Shown here piece by piece: positions 8,891-19,956 of a stretch of DNA of 64,000 nucleotides (the first letter of the stretch is position 1; each line of letters begins with the position of its first letter). Both the position numbers and the translations under genes were made by a program. Source of the DNA: Candidatus Giovannonibacteria bacterium (GTDB lineage: Bacteria > Patescibacteriota > Minisyncoccia > UBA11713 > 2-01-FULL-45-33); the NCBI GenBank assembly GCA_016432405.1, contig CP066687.1:283040-347039 (forward strand). The letters run 5' to 3'. A model generated the notes under the pieces. The model had not been told where the DNA came from. It did not search any database and saw only the letters and a list, made by a program, of their open reading frames with translations.

Positions 8891-11542
8891 ATGTCATTTT
8901 TTGGGAAAATTTTTGGCGGCTCCAATGAAAGAGCCATAGACGAGCTTCGGCCGGTTGTTGAGGAAATAAACAATCTGGAAAAAGATTTTGAGAGGATATC
9001 GGACGAAGAATTAAAGAAAAAAACGGAGGAGTTCAGGAGACGGCTAGGAGAAATGGGGAGAGTTATTACTTCTTCGCTGGACGAGATTCTTCCCGAGGCG
9101 TTCGCAGCCGTCCGAGAGGCCGCAAAACGCACGCTCGGCCAGAGGCATTTTGACGTCCAGCTTATGGGCGGGATTGTGCTCCACAGAGGAGGAATTGCGG
9201 AGATGAAGACCGGAGAAGGGAAAACTTTGGTCGCGACTTTGCCGGCGTACTTAAATGCCATTTCCGGTCCGCCAGCCAGTGGAGGAGTGCATATTGTGAC
9301 GGTCAACGATTATCTGTCGCGAAGAGACGCCGCTTGGATGGGGCAGATTTATAGCGCGCTCGGCCTTTCCGTCGGCGTTTTAAACCACGAGGCGAGTTAT
9401 TTATACGACCCGGAACATAAAGAGCTTGATCAGGCCCGCGACACATTGGGCGCTTTCAAAGTCGTCCACGAATTTTTAAGGCCGTGCTCTCGGCGAGAGG
9501 CCTACGCCGCGGATATTACTTACGGCACGAACAACGAATATGGCTTTGATTATTTGCGGGATAACATGGTTTATTCCACGTCGCAAATGTCGCAAAGAGG
9601 GCAAAACTTCGCGATTGTTGACGAGGTTGACTCAATTTTAATTGACGAAGCGCGGACGCCGTTGATTATTTCCGCCCCCGATACGGAGTCGGCGGAACTT
9701 TATAAGGTTTTTTCAAAAATCGTCCCGCGGCTTAAAGAAAACGAGGATTATAATGTTGACGAGAAAATGAAAACGGCGCTTGTGACAGAATCCGGAATTG
9801 AAAAAGTGGAGCAGATGCTCGGGCTCAAAGACATCTACACCGAGCGAGGCATGAGATATGTGCATCATCTGGAGCAGGCGCTCCGCGCCCGCGCTCTCTT
9901 CCAGCGCGACAAAGATTATGTGGTGAAATCCGCCGAGCATGGCGGAGGGGAAGTAATCATTGTTGATGAATTTACCGGCCGCTTGATGCCCGGGCGCAGG
10001 TGGTCTGACGGGCTCCATCAGGCAATTGAGGCCAAAGAAGGCGCGCTTGTCCAGCAGGAATCCCGCACGCTTGCGACAATTACTTTCCAAAATTATTTCA
10101 GGATGTATAAAAAGCTGGCGGGTATGACGGGCACGGCGCAAACATCCGCCGAGGAATTTCATAAAGTATATAATTTGGATGTCACCGAAATCCCGACGAA
10201 TAAGCCAATGGTGCGGCGCGATCTGTCGGACAAGGTTTTCCAGACGGAGAAAGGCAAATTTCAGGCGCTGGTAAAAGAAATAAAAACCAGAACCCAAAAA
10301 GGCCAGCCGGTTTTGGTTGGCACGGTTTCTATTGAAAAAAACGAGAAAATTTCAGCGCTCCTCTTGCGCGAAGGCGTAAAACACAAAGTGCTGAACGCTA
10401 AAAATCACGAGGAGGAAGGAGCGGTTATCGCGCAGGCGGGGAGATTCGGCTCGGTGACAGTCGCGACCAACATGGCCGGCCGGGGAGTGGACATAATTTT
10501 CGGGGGCAATCCGCCGGATGCCGCAGAGGCGGGGCGGGTTCGCGAAGCCGGAGGGCTTTTAGTTATCGGCACGGAGCGGCACGAAGCACGGCGCATAGAC
10601 GACCAGCTCCGGGGGAGAGCCGGAAGGCAGGGCGACCCGGGCGAGACGCAGTTTTTTGTTTCTTTGGAGGACGACCTTATGCGGATTTTCGCGCCGGAGA
10701 GGGTGAAAAATTTAATGGGCAAACTAGGCATTCCGGAAGATGAGCCGGTGGAAAACAAAATGGTCTCAAACGCCATAGAATCCGCGCAGGGCAAAATTGA
10801 GGGATTTAATTTTGACACCAGAAAGCATGTTTTGGAATACGACGACGTGATGAACAAACAAAGGACGGCGGTTTATTCGCGAAGAAAAAAACTGCTTTTC
10901 GCGACACCCGAAGAAATAGAAGCGGAGGCGCTTGGTTTGCTGAAAGGAGTGGCAAACAAAATAATTTTAGTACATACTGCCGGTTCGCCGGATGAATGGA
11001 ATAAAAAAGAGATTTTTGAAAACTTCGTGAGTTTGGGAATGGGGATAACCCACTCCCCGGAGGGTTTCGTCTTTCGCGAGCGAGTTGAGAAAATGGAAAG
11101 CAGAGAAGAGCTGGCCGAGCTCGCGGAGAAAGAGATTGAAGCGACATTCGCCAAGAAAAAAGAGGAGGTCGCCGGATTTACCGATGCGCTTCGTATGGTT
11201 ATGCTTCAGGCGATTGACGCGCTGTGGACGGAGCATCTGGAAGCGATGGAATATATGCGCTCCAGCGTGCAACTTCGCGTTTATGGCCAAAGGGTTGCTT
11301 TGGTAGAATACAAAAACGAAGGCGCTAAGATGTTCCAGCAATTGGAAGTGCACATCAACGCCTACATCGCCAATTTAATTTTCAAAATCGGCCCCGCGCT
11401 GGACCAAAGTACCCCGCCTACGCCAAGAGCTTCGGCGGGTCCTCAATTTGGCAACAGCGCCAAAGGCGCTGGCCAAATTGGGAGAAACGACCTCTGCCCC
11501 TGCGGTTCAGGTAAGAAGTATAAAAGGTGTCATGGGAGATAA
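8891..11542 (+). CDS. secA: Preprotein translocase ATPase SecA
   Basis: DEAD motor motifs (MKTGEGKT, DEVDSILIDEARTPLIIS), C-terminal zinc motif CPCGSGKKYKRCHG; start assigned at MSFFGKIFGG. Confidence 0.95.
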   Translation: MSFFGKIFGGSNERAIDELRPVVEEINNLEKDFERISDEELKKKTEEFRRRLGEMGRVITSSLDEILPEAFAAVREAAKRTLGQRHFDVQLMGGIVLHRGGIAEMKTGEGKTLVATLPAYLNAISGPPASGGVHIVTVNDYLSRRDAAWMGQIYSALGLSVGVLNHEASYLYDPEHKELDQARDTLGAFKVVHEFLRPCSRREAYAADITYGTNNEYGFDYLRDNMVYSTSQMSQRGQNFAIVDEVDSILIDEARTPLIISAPDTESAELYKVFSKIVPRLKENEDYNVDEKMKTALVTESGIEKVEQMLGLKDIYTERGMRYVHHLEQALRARALFQRDKDYVVKSAEHGGGEVIIVDEFTGRLMPGRRWSDGLHQAIEAKEGALVQQESRTLATITFQNYFRMYKKLAGMTGTAQTSAEEFHKVYNLDVTEIPTNKPMVRRDLSDKVFQTEKGKFQALVKEIKTRTQKGQPVLVGTVSIEKNEKISALLLREGVKHKVLNAKNHEEEGAVIAQAGRFGSVTVATNMAGRGVDIIFGGNPPDAAEAGRVREAGGLLVIGTERHEARRIDDQLRGRAGRQGDPGETQFFVSLEDDLMRIFAPERVKNLMGKLGIPEDEPVENKMVSNAIESAQGKIEGFNFDTRKHVLEYDDVMNKQRTAVYSRRKKLLFATPEEIEAEALGLLKGVANKIILVHTAGSPDEWNKKEIFENFVSLGMGITHSPEGFVFRERVEKMESREELAELAEKEIEATFAKKKEEVAGFTDALRMVMLQAIDALWTEHLEAMEYMRSSVQLRVYGQRVALVEYKNEGAKMFQQLEVHINAYIANLIFKIGPALDQSTPPTPRASAGPQFGNSAKGAGQIGRNDLCPCGSGKKYKRCHGR

Positions 11543-11628
11543 AAAAACCGCTCTAGGTTGGCCTAGGCGGCCGGCGGCAAGATTTGGGGCTTGATTTCTT
11601 CTTCTAATGCTAGCAAAGATTTGATATA

Positions 11629-12138
11629 ATGTCAATAATTATGCCGCAAGAAAATCAATATCTTCATGAAGTGGCGATTACGGCTATTGTTGTCAAAGGT
11701 GGAAAATATCTGATTACCAAGCGCTCTCCGAACAAAAAGCGCTGGCCGAACTTATGGACGGTCCCGGGCGGAAGGTTGGAAACGAGCGACTATTTGGCTA
11801 TGCCCAAAGACACGGAACATTATTGGTACAATGTTTTGGAGCGCACTCTGCAGAGAGAAGTAAAAGAAGAAGTAGGAATTGAAATAGATAATATTGAATA
11901 CGTAACAAGCTTGGCCACTGTGCACGCGGACGGCAGCCCGTCGCTGGTTATTTCCTGCATGGCGGATTGGAAATCCGGCGAGGTTAATCTTCAGGAAGAA
12001 GAATGCAATGAATTTACGTGGGTAAGTTTGGAGGAAGCGAAAAATTACAAGTTGATTGACGGAATTTTGGACGAGCTCGCGATGGCTGAAAACCGGCGAA
12101 AAGGCAAAAAATCGGAATGGCAGAGGTTTGATAAATAA
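11629..12138 (+). CDS. NUDIX hydrolase
   Basis: Nudix box GGRLETSDY...REVKEEVGIEI. Confidence 0.8.
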   Translation: MSIIMPQENQYLHEVAITAIVVKGGKYLITKRSPNKKRWPNLWTVPGGRLETSDYLAMPKDTEHYWYNVLERTLQREVKEEVGIEIDNIEYVTSLATVHADGSPSLVISCMADWKSGEVNLQEEECNEFTWVSLEEAKNYKLIDGILDELAMAENRRKGKKSEWQRFDK

Positions 12139-12146
12139 AAAGTATC

Positions 12147-12818
12147 ATGAAAAAGAAAAAACTTTTATTTATTTGGGATTTTCACGGAGTTTTGGAGAAA
12201 GACAACGAATATGCTGTTCAGCGTATTTGCAGGCAGGTTGTAAAAGAGTTTGGTTTTAACACAAAAGTTTATTTAGAAGATGTCCGCCGCTGGTACGGAC
12301 TTAAATGGATTGAATATTTTTTTAATTTAACTGAAGAACAGGACAGGAGAAAATTGAGGAAAATGGTGAAACGGGCGCGAGAGGTCAGCCAAAAAATCGT
12401 GCACAAATATTTAAAACCTATGAATCACGCGGATTACGTTTTAAGCCAGATAAAAAAATCAGGCGGCGTAAATGTTATTGTTTCCAATGCTAGACAAGAT
12501 AGAATTGAGGATTTTGTGAAAATTGTGGGCTTACAAAAATATTTGTACAAGGTGATCGGCATAGATGGGCATACGAGGTTTAAATTCAGCACGCCCATGG
12601 AAAAAGCCAATGCGATTAGCAGATTGTCGGCCGGCAAAAATTATGCTAGAAAAATTATTATTGGCGATTCCGAAAGCGATATTCTAGCCGGTAAAATGGT
12701 TGGAGCAAAAACTTACCTGTTTGTAAAAAAAATGAACAGCAAAAAAGTCAGCGATATCAAGGCGGATAAGACAATTGACGATTTACGCAAAATCCTCCCA
12801 GAAATCCATACGGCGTAA
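12147..12818 (+). CDS. HAD-superfamily hydrolase-like protein
   Basis: N-terminal LFIWDFHGVLE (DxDG-like motif I variant), C-terminal IIIGDSESDILAGKMVGAKTYLF (motif III/IV). Confidence 0.55.
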   Translation: MKKKKLLFIWDFHGVLEKDNEYAVQRICRQVVKEFGFNTKVYLEDVRRWYGLKWIEYFFNLTEEQDRRKLRKMVKRAREVSQKIVHKYLKPMNHADYVLSQIKKSGGVNVIVSNARQDRIEDFVKIVGLQKYLYKVIGIDGHTRFKFSTPMEKANAISRLSAGKNYARKIIIGDSESDILAGKMVGAKTYLFVKKMNSKKVSDIKADKTIDDLRKILPEIHTA

Positions 12819-12839
12819 CCAAATATAAAAAATAAAAAT

Positions 12840-12986
12840 ATGGAAAATCAAAACCAATATCTTCATGAAGTTGCGATTACGGCTATCGTCGTGAAAGGCG
12901 GGAAATACTACGGAATTTTGGACGAGCTCGCGATGGCCGATGACCTGCGCCGCGGCAAGAAAACCGAATGGCGGAGATTTGAATAA
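12840..12986 (+). pseudogene. Internally deleted paralog/remnant of the upstream NUDIX gene (48-aa ORF joining its N- and C-terminal ends)
   Basis: MENQNQYLHEVAITAIVVKGGKY|YGILDELAMADDLRRGKKTEWRRFE matches residues 5-27 and 144-169 of the 11629..12138 product; about 85% nt identity; Nudix box absent. Confidence 0.65.
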
Positions 12987-12995
12987 AAAACCGGC

Positions 12996-14642
12996 TTGAG
13001 CTATGCTGAACGGAGCATTATGCGGAATTTTTTTAAAAAAATCGCAAAGAAAAAGCTTTGGGCTGGTATTGCCGCGCTCGCACTGATGATTGCGGGCTAT
13101 TTTAGCTACCAGTATTTCTTTGGAAAAGATGAAGCCGTTCGTTATCTGACCGCTGAAGTTCGCCGCGGGACGCTTGAGGTCTCCGTAAACGGCTCCGGGC
13201 AGGTTTCTGCCTCCAATCAGCTGGGTGTGAAATCAAAAGTTTCGGGAGATGCGGTTTATGTCGCGCCGGTTGAGGGGAGAGAAGTCGGCGCCGGCGCGCT
13301 GATTGTGCAGCTTGACGCGAGAGACGCTCAAAAAGCTGTGCGGGACGCCGAGGTGAACTTGGAAAGCGCCAAGCTCGCCCTTGAAAAATTGCGAGGCCCT
13401 GCAGAGAGCGATATTCCGCGCAATAAAAGGAACGCCCAAGACGACCTGAAAAGGGCCTATGATGACGGCTTTACCGCCGTGTCTAACGCTTTTTTGGATT
13501 TGCCCGCGGCGATAACCGGACTTAAAGACCTCCTTTTCGGAATAAATTTTTCGGGCGGCCAGAGCAATATGAATTATTACGCCGACGCGGTAAAAAATTA
13601 CGACACGCGCTCGCTGGATTACAGAGATTCCGCCAACACGAACTATCAAAAAGCCAGAGCATACTACGATAAAAATTTTGATGATTACCGCATGACCGGC
13701 CGCGAAGCGGAACGTGCGGAGATTGAGGCGTTGATAGATGAAACTTACGGAACGGCGATTAGTTTGTCGGATGCCGTAAAATCCGCCAACAACCTCATTC
13801 AATTTTACAAGGACCGGCTTACTGAAAGGGACTTAAAGCCCAATTCTTTGGCGGACACGCATCTTGCGCAACTGGACGCCTACACCGATAAAACCAATAC
13901 CCACATAGCGGCGCTGCTTAACATGAAAAATCAGATAAAGAATTATAAAGACGCCGTGTCAAACGCGGATTTGGACGTAAAAACACAGGAACTTGCGGTC
14001 AGACAGCGCGAAAACGGCTTGCTGGACGCTAAAGAAAAACTGGCCGATTACTATATCCGCGCGCCGTTTGCTGGGGTTGTGGCCGAAATTAATGTTAAAA
14101 AAGGCGATGCCGTTTCGCCTTCGCTCGTTGCTGCCACTTTGATTACCCGTCAGAAAATCGCGGAGATTTCTTTGAATGAAGTTGATGCAGCTGGCGTCAA
14201 AATTGGGAACAAGGCGTTTTTAACTTTTGACGCCCTGCCTGATGTTAAAATCTCCGGAGAGGTTGCTGAAGTTGATACGCTGGGGGCGATAAATCAAGGG
14301 GTTGTTACATACGGCGTTAAAGTTATTTTTGAAACTGACGATGAGCGCGTAAAAACCGGCATGAGCGCGAGCGCCGATATTGTCGTAAACACCAAAGCAG
14401 CCGCGCTTTTGGCGCCGAATTCCGCGGTCAAATCCAGCGGAAGCCAAAAATACATTGAGGTTTTGTCCGATGGCGAACCGCGGAGAATTAATGTGGAAAC
14501 TGGCTTGGCCAGCGAGGAGCTGACTGAAATTTTAAGCGGCGTTAATGAAGGAGACGAGATAATAACGAGAACAATAAGCCCGGCAAATCAAACACAGCAG
14601 GCCCCGAGCATCTTCGGTCCGCCCGGAGGCGCGCGGCGTTGA
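12996..14642 (+). CDS. Efflux transporter periplasmic adaptor subunit (HlyD/MacA membrane-fusion family)
   Basis: N-terminal TM; [14 protein letters not shown] beta-barrel start; long coiled coil; C-terminal lipoyl/beta-barrel ([19 protein letters not shown]); precedes MacB-like ABC genes. Confidence 0.75.
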   Translation: MSYAERSIMRNFFKKIAKKKLWAGIAALALMIAGYFSYQYFFGKDEAVRYLTAEVRRGTLEVSVNGSGQVSASNQLGVKSKVSGDAVYVAPVEGREVGAGALIVQLDARDAQKAVRDAEVNLESAKLALEKLRGPAESDIPRNKRNAQDDLKRAYDDGFTAVSNAFLDLPAAITGLKDLLFGINFSGGQSNMNYYADAVKNYDTRSLDYRDSANTNYQKARAYYDKNFDDYRMTGREAERAEIEALIDETYGTAISLSDAVKSANNLIQFYKDRLTERDLKPNSLADTHLAQLDAYTDKTNTHIAALLNMKNQIKNYKDAVSNADLDVKTQELAVRQRENGLLDAKEKLADYYIRAPFAGVVAEINVKKGDAVSPSLVAATLITRQKIAEISLNEVDAAGVKIGNKAFLTFDALPDVKISGEVAEVDTLGAINQGVVTYGVKVIFETDDERVKTGMSASADIVVNTKAAALLAPNSAVKSSGSQKYIEVLSDGEPRRINVETGLASEELTEILSGVNEGDEIITRTISPANQTQQAPSIFGPPGGARR

Positions 14643-15331
14643 AATCCATGATTGAAATCAGAAACATCACTAAAACATACAAAACCGGAGAGGTTGAATT
14701 CCGGGCCCTTTCCGGAGTGAGCTTTAAAGTTGAAGATGGAGAGTTTGTGGCAATCGCAGGCCCATCCGGCTCCGGCAAATCAACTCTCATGCACATTATC
14801 GGTTGCTTGGACACTCCCACCAGCGGCGAATATTTTCTTGACGGGCGCGACGTCTCCGCTCTTTCCGACAACGACCTCGCCGACATCAGAAAGAACCAAA
14901 TCGGCTTCGTTTTTCAGGCGTTCAATCTTCTGCCGCGCACGACCGCGCTGCGGAACGCCGCCCTGCCCTTAGTTTACGCCGGAGTCGGAAAAGAAGAGAG
15001 GGATGCGCGCGCCGCGGGAGCCCTCAAAACGGTGGATTTGGACGAGCGTCATTTCCGGCATTTGCCCAGCCAGCTTTCCGGAGGGCAGATTCAGCGCGTG
15101 GCCATCGCCCGGGCGCTGGTCAACAACCCATCGCTCATTTTGGCAGACGAGCCGACGGGAAATCTGGACACAAAAACCGGAGACCTTATCATTCACGCTT
15201 TTAAAAAATTGAACGAAGAAGAAAAACGCACGATTATTTTAATCACGCACGAGCGCGACATCGCGAAACATGCCAGAAGAATAATCAATATTCGCGATGG
15301 CTTAATTGTAAGCGACGAGATAATGCTATGA
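14639..15331 (+). CDS. ABC transporter ATP-binding protein (MacB/LolD family)
   Basis: Walker [10 protein letters not shown], signature [15 protein letters not shown], Walker [12 protein letters not shown]. Confidence 0.9.
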   Translation: MKSMIEIRNITKTYKTGEVEFRALSGVSFKVEDGEFVAIAGPSGSGKSTLMHIIGCLDTPTSGEYFLDGRDVSALSDNDLADIRKNQIGFVFQAFNLLPRTTALRNAALPLVYAGVGKEERDARAAGALKTVDLDERHFRHLPSQLSGGQIQRVAIARALVNNPSLILADEPTGNLDTKTGDLIIHAFKKLNEEEKRTIILITHERDIAKHARRIINIRDGLIVSDEIML

Positions 15332-16539
15332 CTATTTTGGACACTCTGGAAGAAACTTACACGGCCGTTTCCGCTAACAAGGCGCGGTCGGGGCTTACAA
15401 TTTTAGGGATTATTATCGGTATCGCGTCGGTAATCGCCATGATTTCCATTGGTGAGGGCGCGCGCAGTTCAATTGAGGCAAGCATTGAAGGGCTTGGTTC
15501 AAACCTGCTTACTATTCTCCCCGGCGTAGTGCAGCCGGGCAGAGGCATTGTCTCCTCCGGGCGCGGTTCGGCGCAGACGCTCACAGACGACGATTTGGAG
15601 GTTCTTGAGCGCATTGACGGCATTGAGGTGATTTCGCCGGAGGTCTCAAGGCGATTCCAAATCTCTGCGGCTTCCGGGAACAACACCAACACAACGGTAA
15701 CCGGAATTTTGCCGGCGTATCTTTTCGTCCGCAATCTTTCTTTGGCGGACGGCGTTTTTATTTCGGATAGCAACGTCCGCGGCTTGGGCCGAACGGCTGT
15801 TTTGGGTGCGACCGTGGCCAAAGATCTTTTCGGCGGCGAAAATCCGCTGGGAAAATCAATCAGAATAAATAACGCGTCATTCCGCGTCATCGGGGTGCTC
15901 AACCAAAAGGGCGGTTTTGGTTTTTCCGGCCCCGATGATATGGTGCTGATTCCGCTCTCAACCATGCAAAAAGTTGTCTCGGGGGTTGATTATCTTACCG
16001 GCATATCCATCAGCGTTAAGGACAAAAATCGGATGACCGAAGTGCGCCTTGCAGCAGCTGACGCGCTGCTTCGGGAACACCGCGTTTCCGAGCCGGACTT
16101 CTCAATAATTTCACAGGAAGATATTTTAGGCACGCTGACGCAAGTGGTGGACACTTTCACTATTTTTCTGGCTTCCATCGCCGGCATTTCTCTGGTTGTC
16201 GGAGGAATAGGCATTATGAACATGATGCTCACGACCGTGACCGAGCGCACGCGCGAGATAGGGATTCGCAAGGCAATCGGCGCAAAAAGACGGGATATTA
16301 CTTTTCAGTTTCTCGCGGAAGCCATTATGCTCACCTTTCTCGGAGGTTTTTTCGGCATAGTTCTTGGCTGGTTGATTTCTCTGGGGGTTTCGCAATTTGC
16401 CGGCATCGCCACGTCTGTTTCCATTCAGGCGATTTTGCTGGCTTTCGGGGTTTCGGCGGCCATCGGGATTATTTTCGGATATTATCCCGCCCGCCGCGCC
16501 GCCTCGCTTAATCCGATAGAGGCCTTAAGGTATGAATAA
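15328..16539 (+). CDS. ABC transporter permease (MacB periplasmic-core + FtsX domain)
   Basis: N-terminal TM, large extracytoplasmic domain, C-terminal FtsX 3-TM bundle ([20 protein letters not shown]). Confidence 0.85.
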   Translation: MTILDTLEETYTAVSANKARSGLTILGIIIGIASVIAMISIGEGARSSIEASIEGLGSNLLTILPGVVQPGRGIVSSGRGSAQTLTDDDLEVLERIDGIEVISPEVSRRFQISAASGNNTNTTVTGILPAYLFVRNLSLADGVFISDSNVRGLGRTAVLGATVAKDLFGGENPLGKSIRINNASFRVIGVLNQKGGFGFSGPDDMVLIPLSTMQKVVSGVDYLTGISISVKDKNRMTEVRLAAADALLREHRVSEPDFSIISQEDILGTLTQVVDTFTIFLASIAGISLVVGGIGIMNMMLTTVTERTREIGIRKAIGAKRRDITFQFLAEAIMLTFLGGFFGIVLGWLISLGVSQFAGIATSVSIQAILLAFGVSAAIGIIFGYYPARRAASLNPIEALRYE

Positions 16540-16605
16540 GGGTTTTCCACAGACGCACTCTTTTGTTTTTTAAAGATATGCTATAATTAAAGAACTGCTC
16601 AAAAT

Positions 16606-17235
16606 ATGGCTAAATCGCACTTAAAACGCGCTTTGATAACCGGAGCTATGCTAGTAGCGCCGATTTTGGTTTTGGCGGAGGAGGATGTAAATACCCGCGG
16701 CAACTTGCGCGCTGAACGCCAAAATATAAGACAGGAAGCCCAGCAGAAGCGGCAGGCGGTTATGCTTGAGGCGAAAAACAAACGCGAGGCGTTCAAAGCG
16801 GAAGCGCAAAAACGGGTTGACGCGCTTAAAAAAAGAGTGGGCGAGGAGCGGGCAAAGAGAATAGAGCAATTCTTTAACCAAATGGTTAGAAAATTTGAAA
16901 ATGCCATTGATCGTCTAAACGGCTTGGCCGACCGCATTGAATCGCGCTTGAATAAATCGGAAGAGGCGGGCAATGATGTTTCCAAAATAAAAGACCAGCT
17001 GAAATCCGCGCGGGATAAAATCTCCGCTGCGGAAACGGCGTTAAACGAAGCCAAAGCTAAGTTCAAAGAGATGGCTAACAGTCAAAATCCTAAAGAAGCG
17101 TTTAGGCAAGTAAAGGCGCTGGTGCAGGGCGTGGCGCAAAAAATAAAAGACGCGCACCGCGCGTTGGTTGACGTTGTAAAATCAATTAAAGGGTTGCGGC
17201 TTGGTAGCGAAGCCACTTCAACTTCGTCAAGATAA
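16606..17235 (+). CDS. Secreted K/E/A-rich coiled-coil protein (hypothetical)
   Basis: Signal/anchor MLVAPILVLA, then heptad-rich helical sequence; extended -10 tgcTATAAT upstream. Confidence 0.45.
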   Translation: MAKSHLKRALITGAMLVAPILVLAEEDVNTRGNLRAERQNIRQEAQQKRQAVMLEAKNKREAFKAEAQKRVDALKKRVGEERAKRIEQFFNQMVRKFENAIDRLNGLADRIESRLNKSEEAGNDVSKIKDQLKSARDKISAAETALNEAKAKFKEMANSQNPKEAFRQVKALVQGVAQKIKDAHRALVDVVKSIKGLRLGSEATSTSSR

Positions 17236-17473
17236 TTTTAAAAACATGGAAGAAAACAGGCATTTAGGATGGTGGGTAGCGGGAATCATAGCGGTTTTAG
17301 TCGTTGCGGCGTTTTTGTTTTACTATCTAAGATATACTCCTGTGGGAACTGGCGATTACGGAGTTTTGCCGCCGTCGGACGCGACTCAATCAATAGAGGC
17401 GGACCTCAACGCCACTGATTTGAACAATCTGGACGCCGAGCTTTCGGACATAGACAAAGAACTGGCGCAGTAA
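17201..17473 (+). CDS. Small membrane protein (hypothetical)
   Basis: Single TM WWVAGIIAVLVVAAFLFYYL; followed by terminator. Confidence 0.35.
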   Translation: MVAKPLQLRQDNFKNMEENRHLGWWVAGIIAVLVVAAFLFYYLRYTPVGTGDYGVLPPSDATQSIEADLNATDLNNLDAELSDIDKELAQ

Positions 17474-17498
17474 AAATAATTTTTTGGGTAAACAAAAA

Positions 17499-17520
17499 AG
17501 GGGCTCACGGGCCCCTTTTG
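17499..17520. terminator. Bidirectional intrinsic terminator between convergent genes
   Basis: aaaaaaggggctcacgggcccctttt. Confidence 0.7.
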
Positions 17521-17537
17521 GATGGCATTCTTGTTGT

Positions 17538-18266
17538 TTATTTCACCACATCGCTCCAGTTGAAGCTAAATATGGCTCCTGCGCCAACGACGAATTCTGT
17601 TTTCCGGCCATCGCGCACCCTGGTCAGGGGCGTCGATGCTTTCAACATCGGTAGCTGAACTGTTAAATTCTTGTTCAGCTTCCAGGAAAAGTCGGCTTTG
17701 TACTGACCGATCACGGCCGAATCATTTCCGAAAGCGCCGTTATCATACTTGAGCGCGGGCTCGTGGTTGAAGTCCAGGAATTCCAGCAAATGCCACGTGT
17801 GCGCCAAGCCGGTGGCGAAGATCGCGCCGTGTTGCGGGATGTTGCCGGAAGCCGGCCAGTAAAGCTCCAGTTTTCCGTAGGGCGTAAGCGTGTGCTTGCC
17901 GACGATAAATTGGCGTTTCAGCTTCACGAACGGCTGGAAAACATCGCTAAAACCTCTCGGCCAAATGGCAAAATAGGCAATACCGATTTCGGCCCAGTCG
18001 TTGTCATACCAGCCGGTGAAGTCCACTTCTTTGCCGAAGCCATTCTTGCCATCCAAGGAGTAAGACCCCCAGATGTCCCCGCAAAACCCGCGGTAGCAAA
18101 CCGTTGTACCGCTCTGATGAACCGGTTTGTCGTAGAAAATCCCGCCATTGCCCCCAAGATATTTCCCGTACACCAGTGAATACACGGAAATCGAAGGGCT
18201 CTCGGCGCGAGCTTGCGCACTTGCGAAAAGCAGACACATTGTCAAAATAACCAAAATTTTCTTCAT
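17538..18266 (-). CDS. Secreted hypothetical protein (signal peptide, W/Y/G-rich beta-type)
   Basis: MKKILVILTMCLLFASAQARA signal peptide; aromatic-rich. Confidence 0.5.
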   Translation of the reverse strand: MKKILVILTMCLLFASAQARAESPSISVYSLVYGKYLGGNGGIFYDKPVHQSGTTVCYRGFCGDIWGSYSLDGKNGFGKEVDFTGWYDNDWAEIGIAYFAIWPRGFSDVFQPFVKLKRQFIVGKHTLTPYGKLELYWPASGNIPQHGAIFATGLAHTWHLLEFLDFNHEPALKYDNGAFGNDSAVIGQYKADFSWKLNKNLTVQLPMLKASTPLTRVRDGRKTEFVVGAGAIFSFNWSDVVK

Positions 18267-18354
18267 TCTTCACCTCCTGATGCGAAGCTAGCATAATTTT
18301 AGATGTTTGTCAAGCACTATTAAAATTAAACGAATTTAGTTTAAAATATACCCA

Positions 18355-19035
18355 ATGCGAAGTTTTACTATGGAGAACGCTAAAAAAGAGAGTTTGGAGA
18401 AGCGCAAGAAAAGAGCGGCTGAGATTTTACGAAGATTAAAAAAGGCGTATCCCAAAGCGAAAATCGCGCTTAAATACGGAAACAATATCCAGCTTTTGGT
18501 TGCGGTTATTTTATCTGCTCAATGCACCGATAAGAAAGTAAATGAAGTTACGGAAAAGTTATTTAAAAAATATAAAACGGTAGATGATTTTGCCAGCGCG
18601 AATTTGAAAATTTTTGAGCAAGAGATAAAATCAACAGGATTTTACAGGGCAAAGGCAAAAAGCATTATTACTTCAGCGAAAATAATTAAAAAAGATTTTG
18701 GCGGCCGTTTGCCGCGGACGATGGCAGATATGCTGAAATTGCGAGGGGTGGCGAGAAAAACCGCAAACATCGTCTTGGGCAACGCCTACGGCGTTGTTGA
18801 GGGGATCGGGGTAGACACACATGTCAGGCAGTTTGCCAACTACTGCGCTTTATCGTTTGAGCATGACCCAAAAAAAATTGAGCAGGATTTGATGCGACTT
18901 TTTCCCAAAAAAGATTGGTTCGGGTTAACTTACAAAATAATTGATTTTAATCGAGAAATGAGAAGCCGACAAAACCGCGAGAAAGCCAAATCCAAAATTC
19001 ATTTACAAGATATTTGCCCGACTTCCCCGGTTTAA
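18355..19035 (+). CDS. nth: Endonuclease III-like DNA glycosylase (HhH-GPD superfamily), no complete FeS-cluster loop
   Basis: LLVAVILSAQCTDKKVN, HhH LPRTMADMLKLRGVARKTANIVL, catalytic GVDTHV; only one Cys in the C-terminal region. Confidence 0.75.
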   Translation: MRSFTMENAKKESLEKRKKRAAEILRRLKKAYPKAKIALKYGNNIQLLVAVILSAQCTDKKVNEVTEKLFKKYKTVDDFASANLKIFEQEIKSTGFYRAKAKSIITSAKIIKKDFGGRLPRTMADMLKLRGVARKTANIVLGNAYGVVEGIGVDTHVRQFANYCALSFEHDPKKIEQDLMRLFPKKDWFGLTYKIIDFNREMRSRQNREKAKSKIHLQDICPTSPV

Positions 19036-19082
19036 TATTCTGTGCTAGTTTGTAGGCAGATTTAAATAAAAGGAGAACCGAA

Positions 19083-19925
19083 ATGCAAACTGCGGTTTAT
19101 TCTAACGGCGTGTGGCAAGAAAGCTGTTCTCGCGAAGCTGACCTCGGCCTCCACCGGAATGAGGGCGGAGTTGAAGTTTTGGTGGCGAAGGGGGATGTGC
19201 CGTTTCATTGGTACGACCACCATTCTAGATTGCGCGGGTCGTGCGGATATTACGGCATTTCTTTAGAGAAGCTGCTGCCCGGGCAGAAGATTCTTGAGCA
19301 GATTAAGCTGATGCTTAGCAGAGAGGGCTGCGAACGCGGACAGATCCATGTTTTGGTGACCAGCGGAGATTCCGAAGACCTTAAAACGCCGTCTAGCTCG
19401 CCTCGGCTTTCTTTGAATATTTGGCCGTTTTTTCAGGGGAATCCGCCGCCGCTTAGCGTGATGCCTGTTAATGAAAGGCGGATTGTGCCGCGGCACAAGC
19501 TAACTTTTCATTATGGTAATGTCGGTCCTAATTTGAAAAAGGCCAAAGAGGCAGGTTTTGACAGCTTTCTTTACTCCGATGAGAAAGACGGGCTCTTGGA
19601 GGGTCCGTACGAAAATCTGTTTTTTGTAAACGATGCTGGCGAGCTTATAACCCCGGCTTTCGGCGCGCTCCCAGGCGTAACAAGACGAATATTGCTCAAT
19701 TTGGCTCAAAAAAGCGGGCTTAGAGTCCTTGAGCAGCCGGTACGCCTCTGGCATCTGCGACGCATGAAAGAGGCATTCTTTAGCTCCACCACCAAGGGCG
19801 CCGCTGCCATCTCCAAAGTCGGCGAGTACGAGCACTTTGAGGTTGGGGAGAGAACTCTGACCGCCCAGCTCAAGAAACTCTTTTTTGAATATCAGGAGCG
19901 CTACTACAGCGAACGCGGAGCTTAA
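19083..19925 (+). CDS. Aminotransferase class IV (branched-chain/D-amino acid aminotransferase or ADC lyase family)
   Basis: ENLFFVNDAGELITPAFGALPGVTRRILLNLAQKSGLRVLEQPV...EAFFSSTTKGAAAI fold-type IV signature. Confidence 0.65.
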   Translation: MQTAVYSNGVWQESCSREADLGLHRNEGGVEVLVAKGDVPFHWYDHHSRLRGSCGYYGISLEKLLPGQKILEQIKLMLSREGCERGQIHVLVTSGDSEDLKTPSSSPRLSLNIWPFFQGNPPPLSVMPVNERRIVPRHKLTFHYGNVGPNLKKAKEAGFDSFLYSDEKDGLLEGPYENLFFVNDAGELITPAFGALPGVTRRILLNLAQKSGLRVLEQPVRLWHLRRMKEAFFSSTTKGAAAISKVGEYEHFEVGERTLTAQLKKLFFEYQERYYSERGA

Positions 19926-19956
19926 CAAGCCCGCGTTTTTTCTTTATTATTCTCTT

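Noticed and set aside
9713-11353. Antisense and alternative-frame ORFs inside secA (e.g. 9713..10297 -, 10405..10857 -, 10967..11353 -)
   Set aside because: Embedded in a well-supported conserved gene; no start signals; composition artefacts.
16599-17066. Minus-strand 155-aa ORF antisense to the coiled-coil protein
   Set aside because: Ala/Ser/Arg-rich antisense of a K/E/A-rich gene; the sense frame has a signal peptide and promoter.
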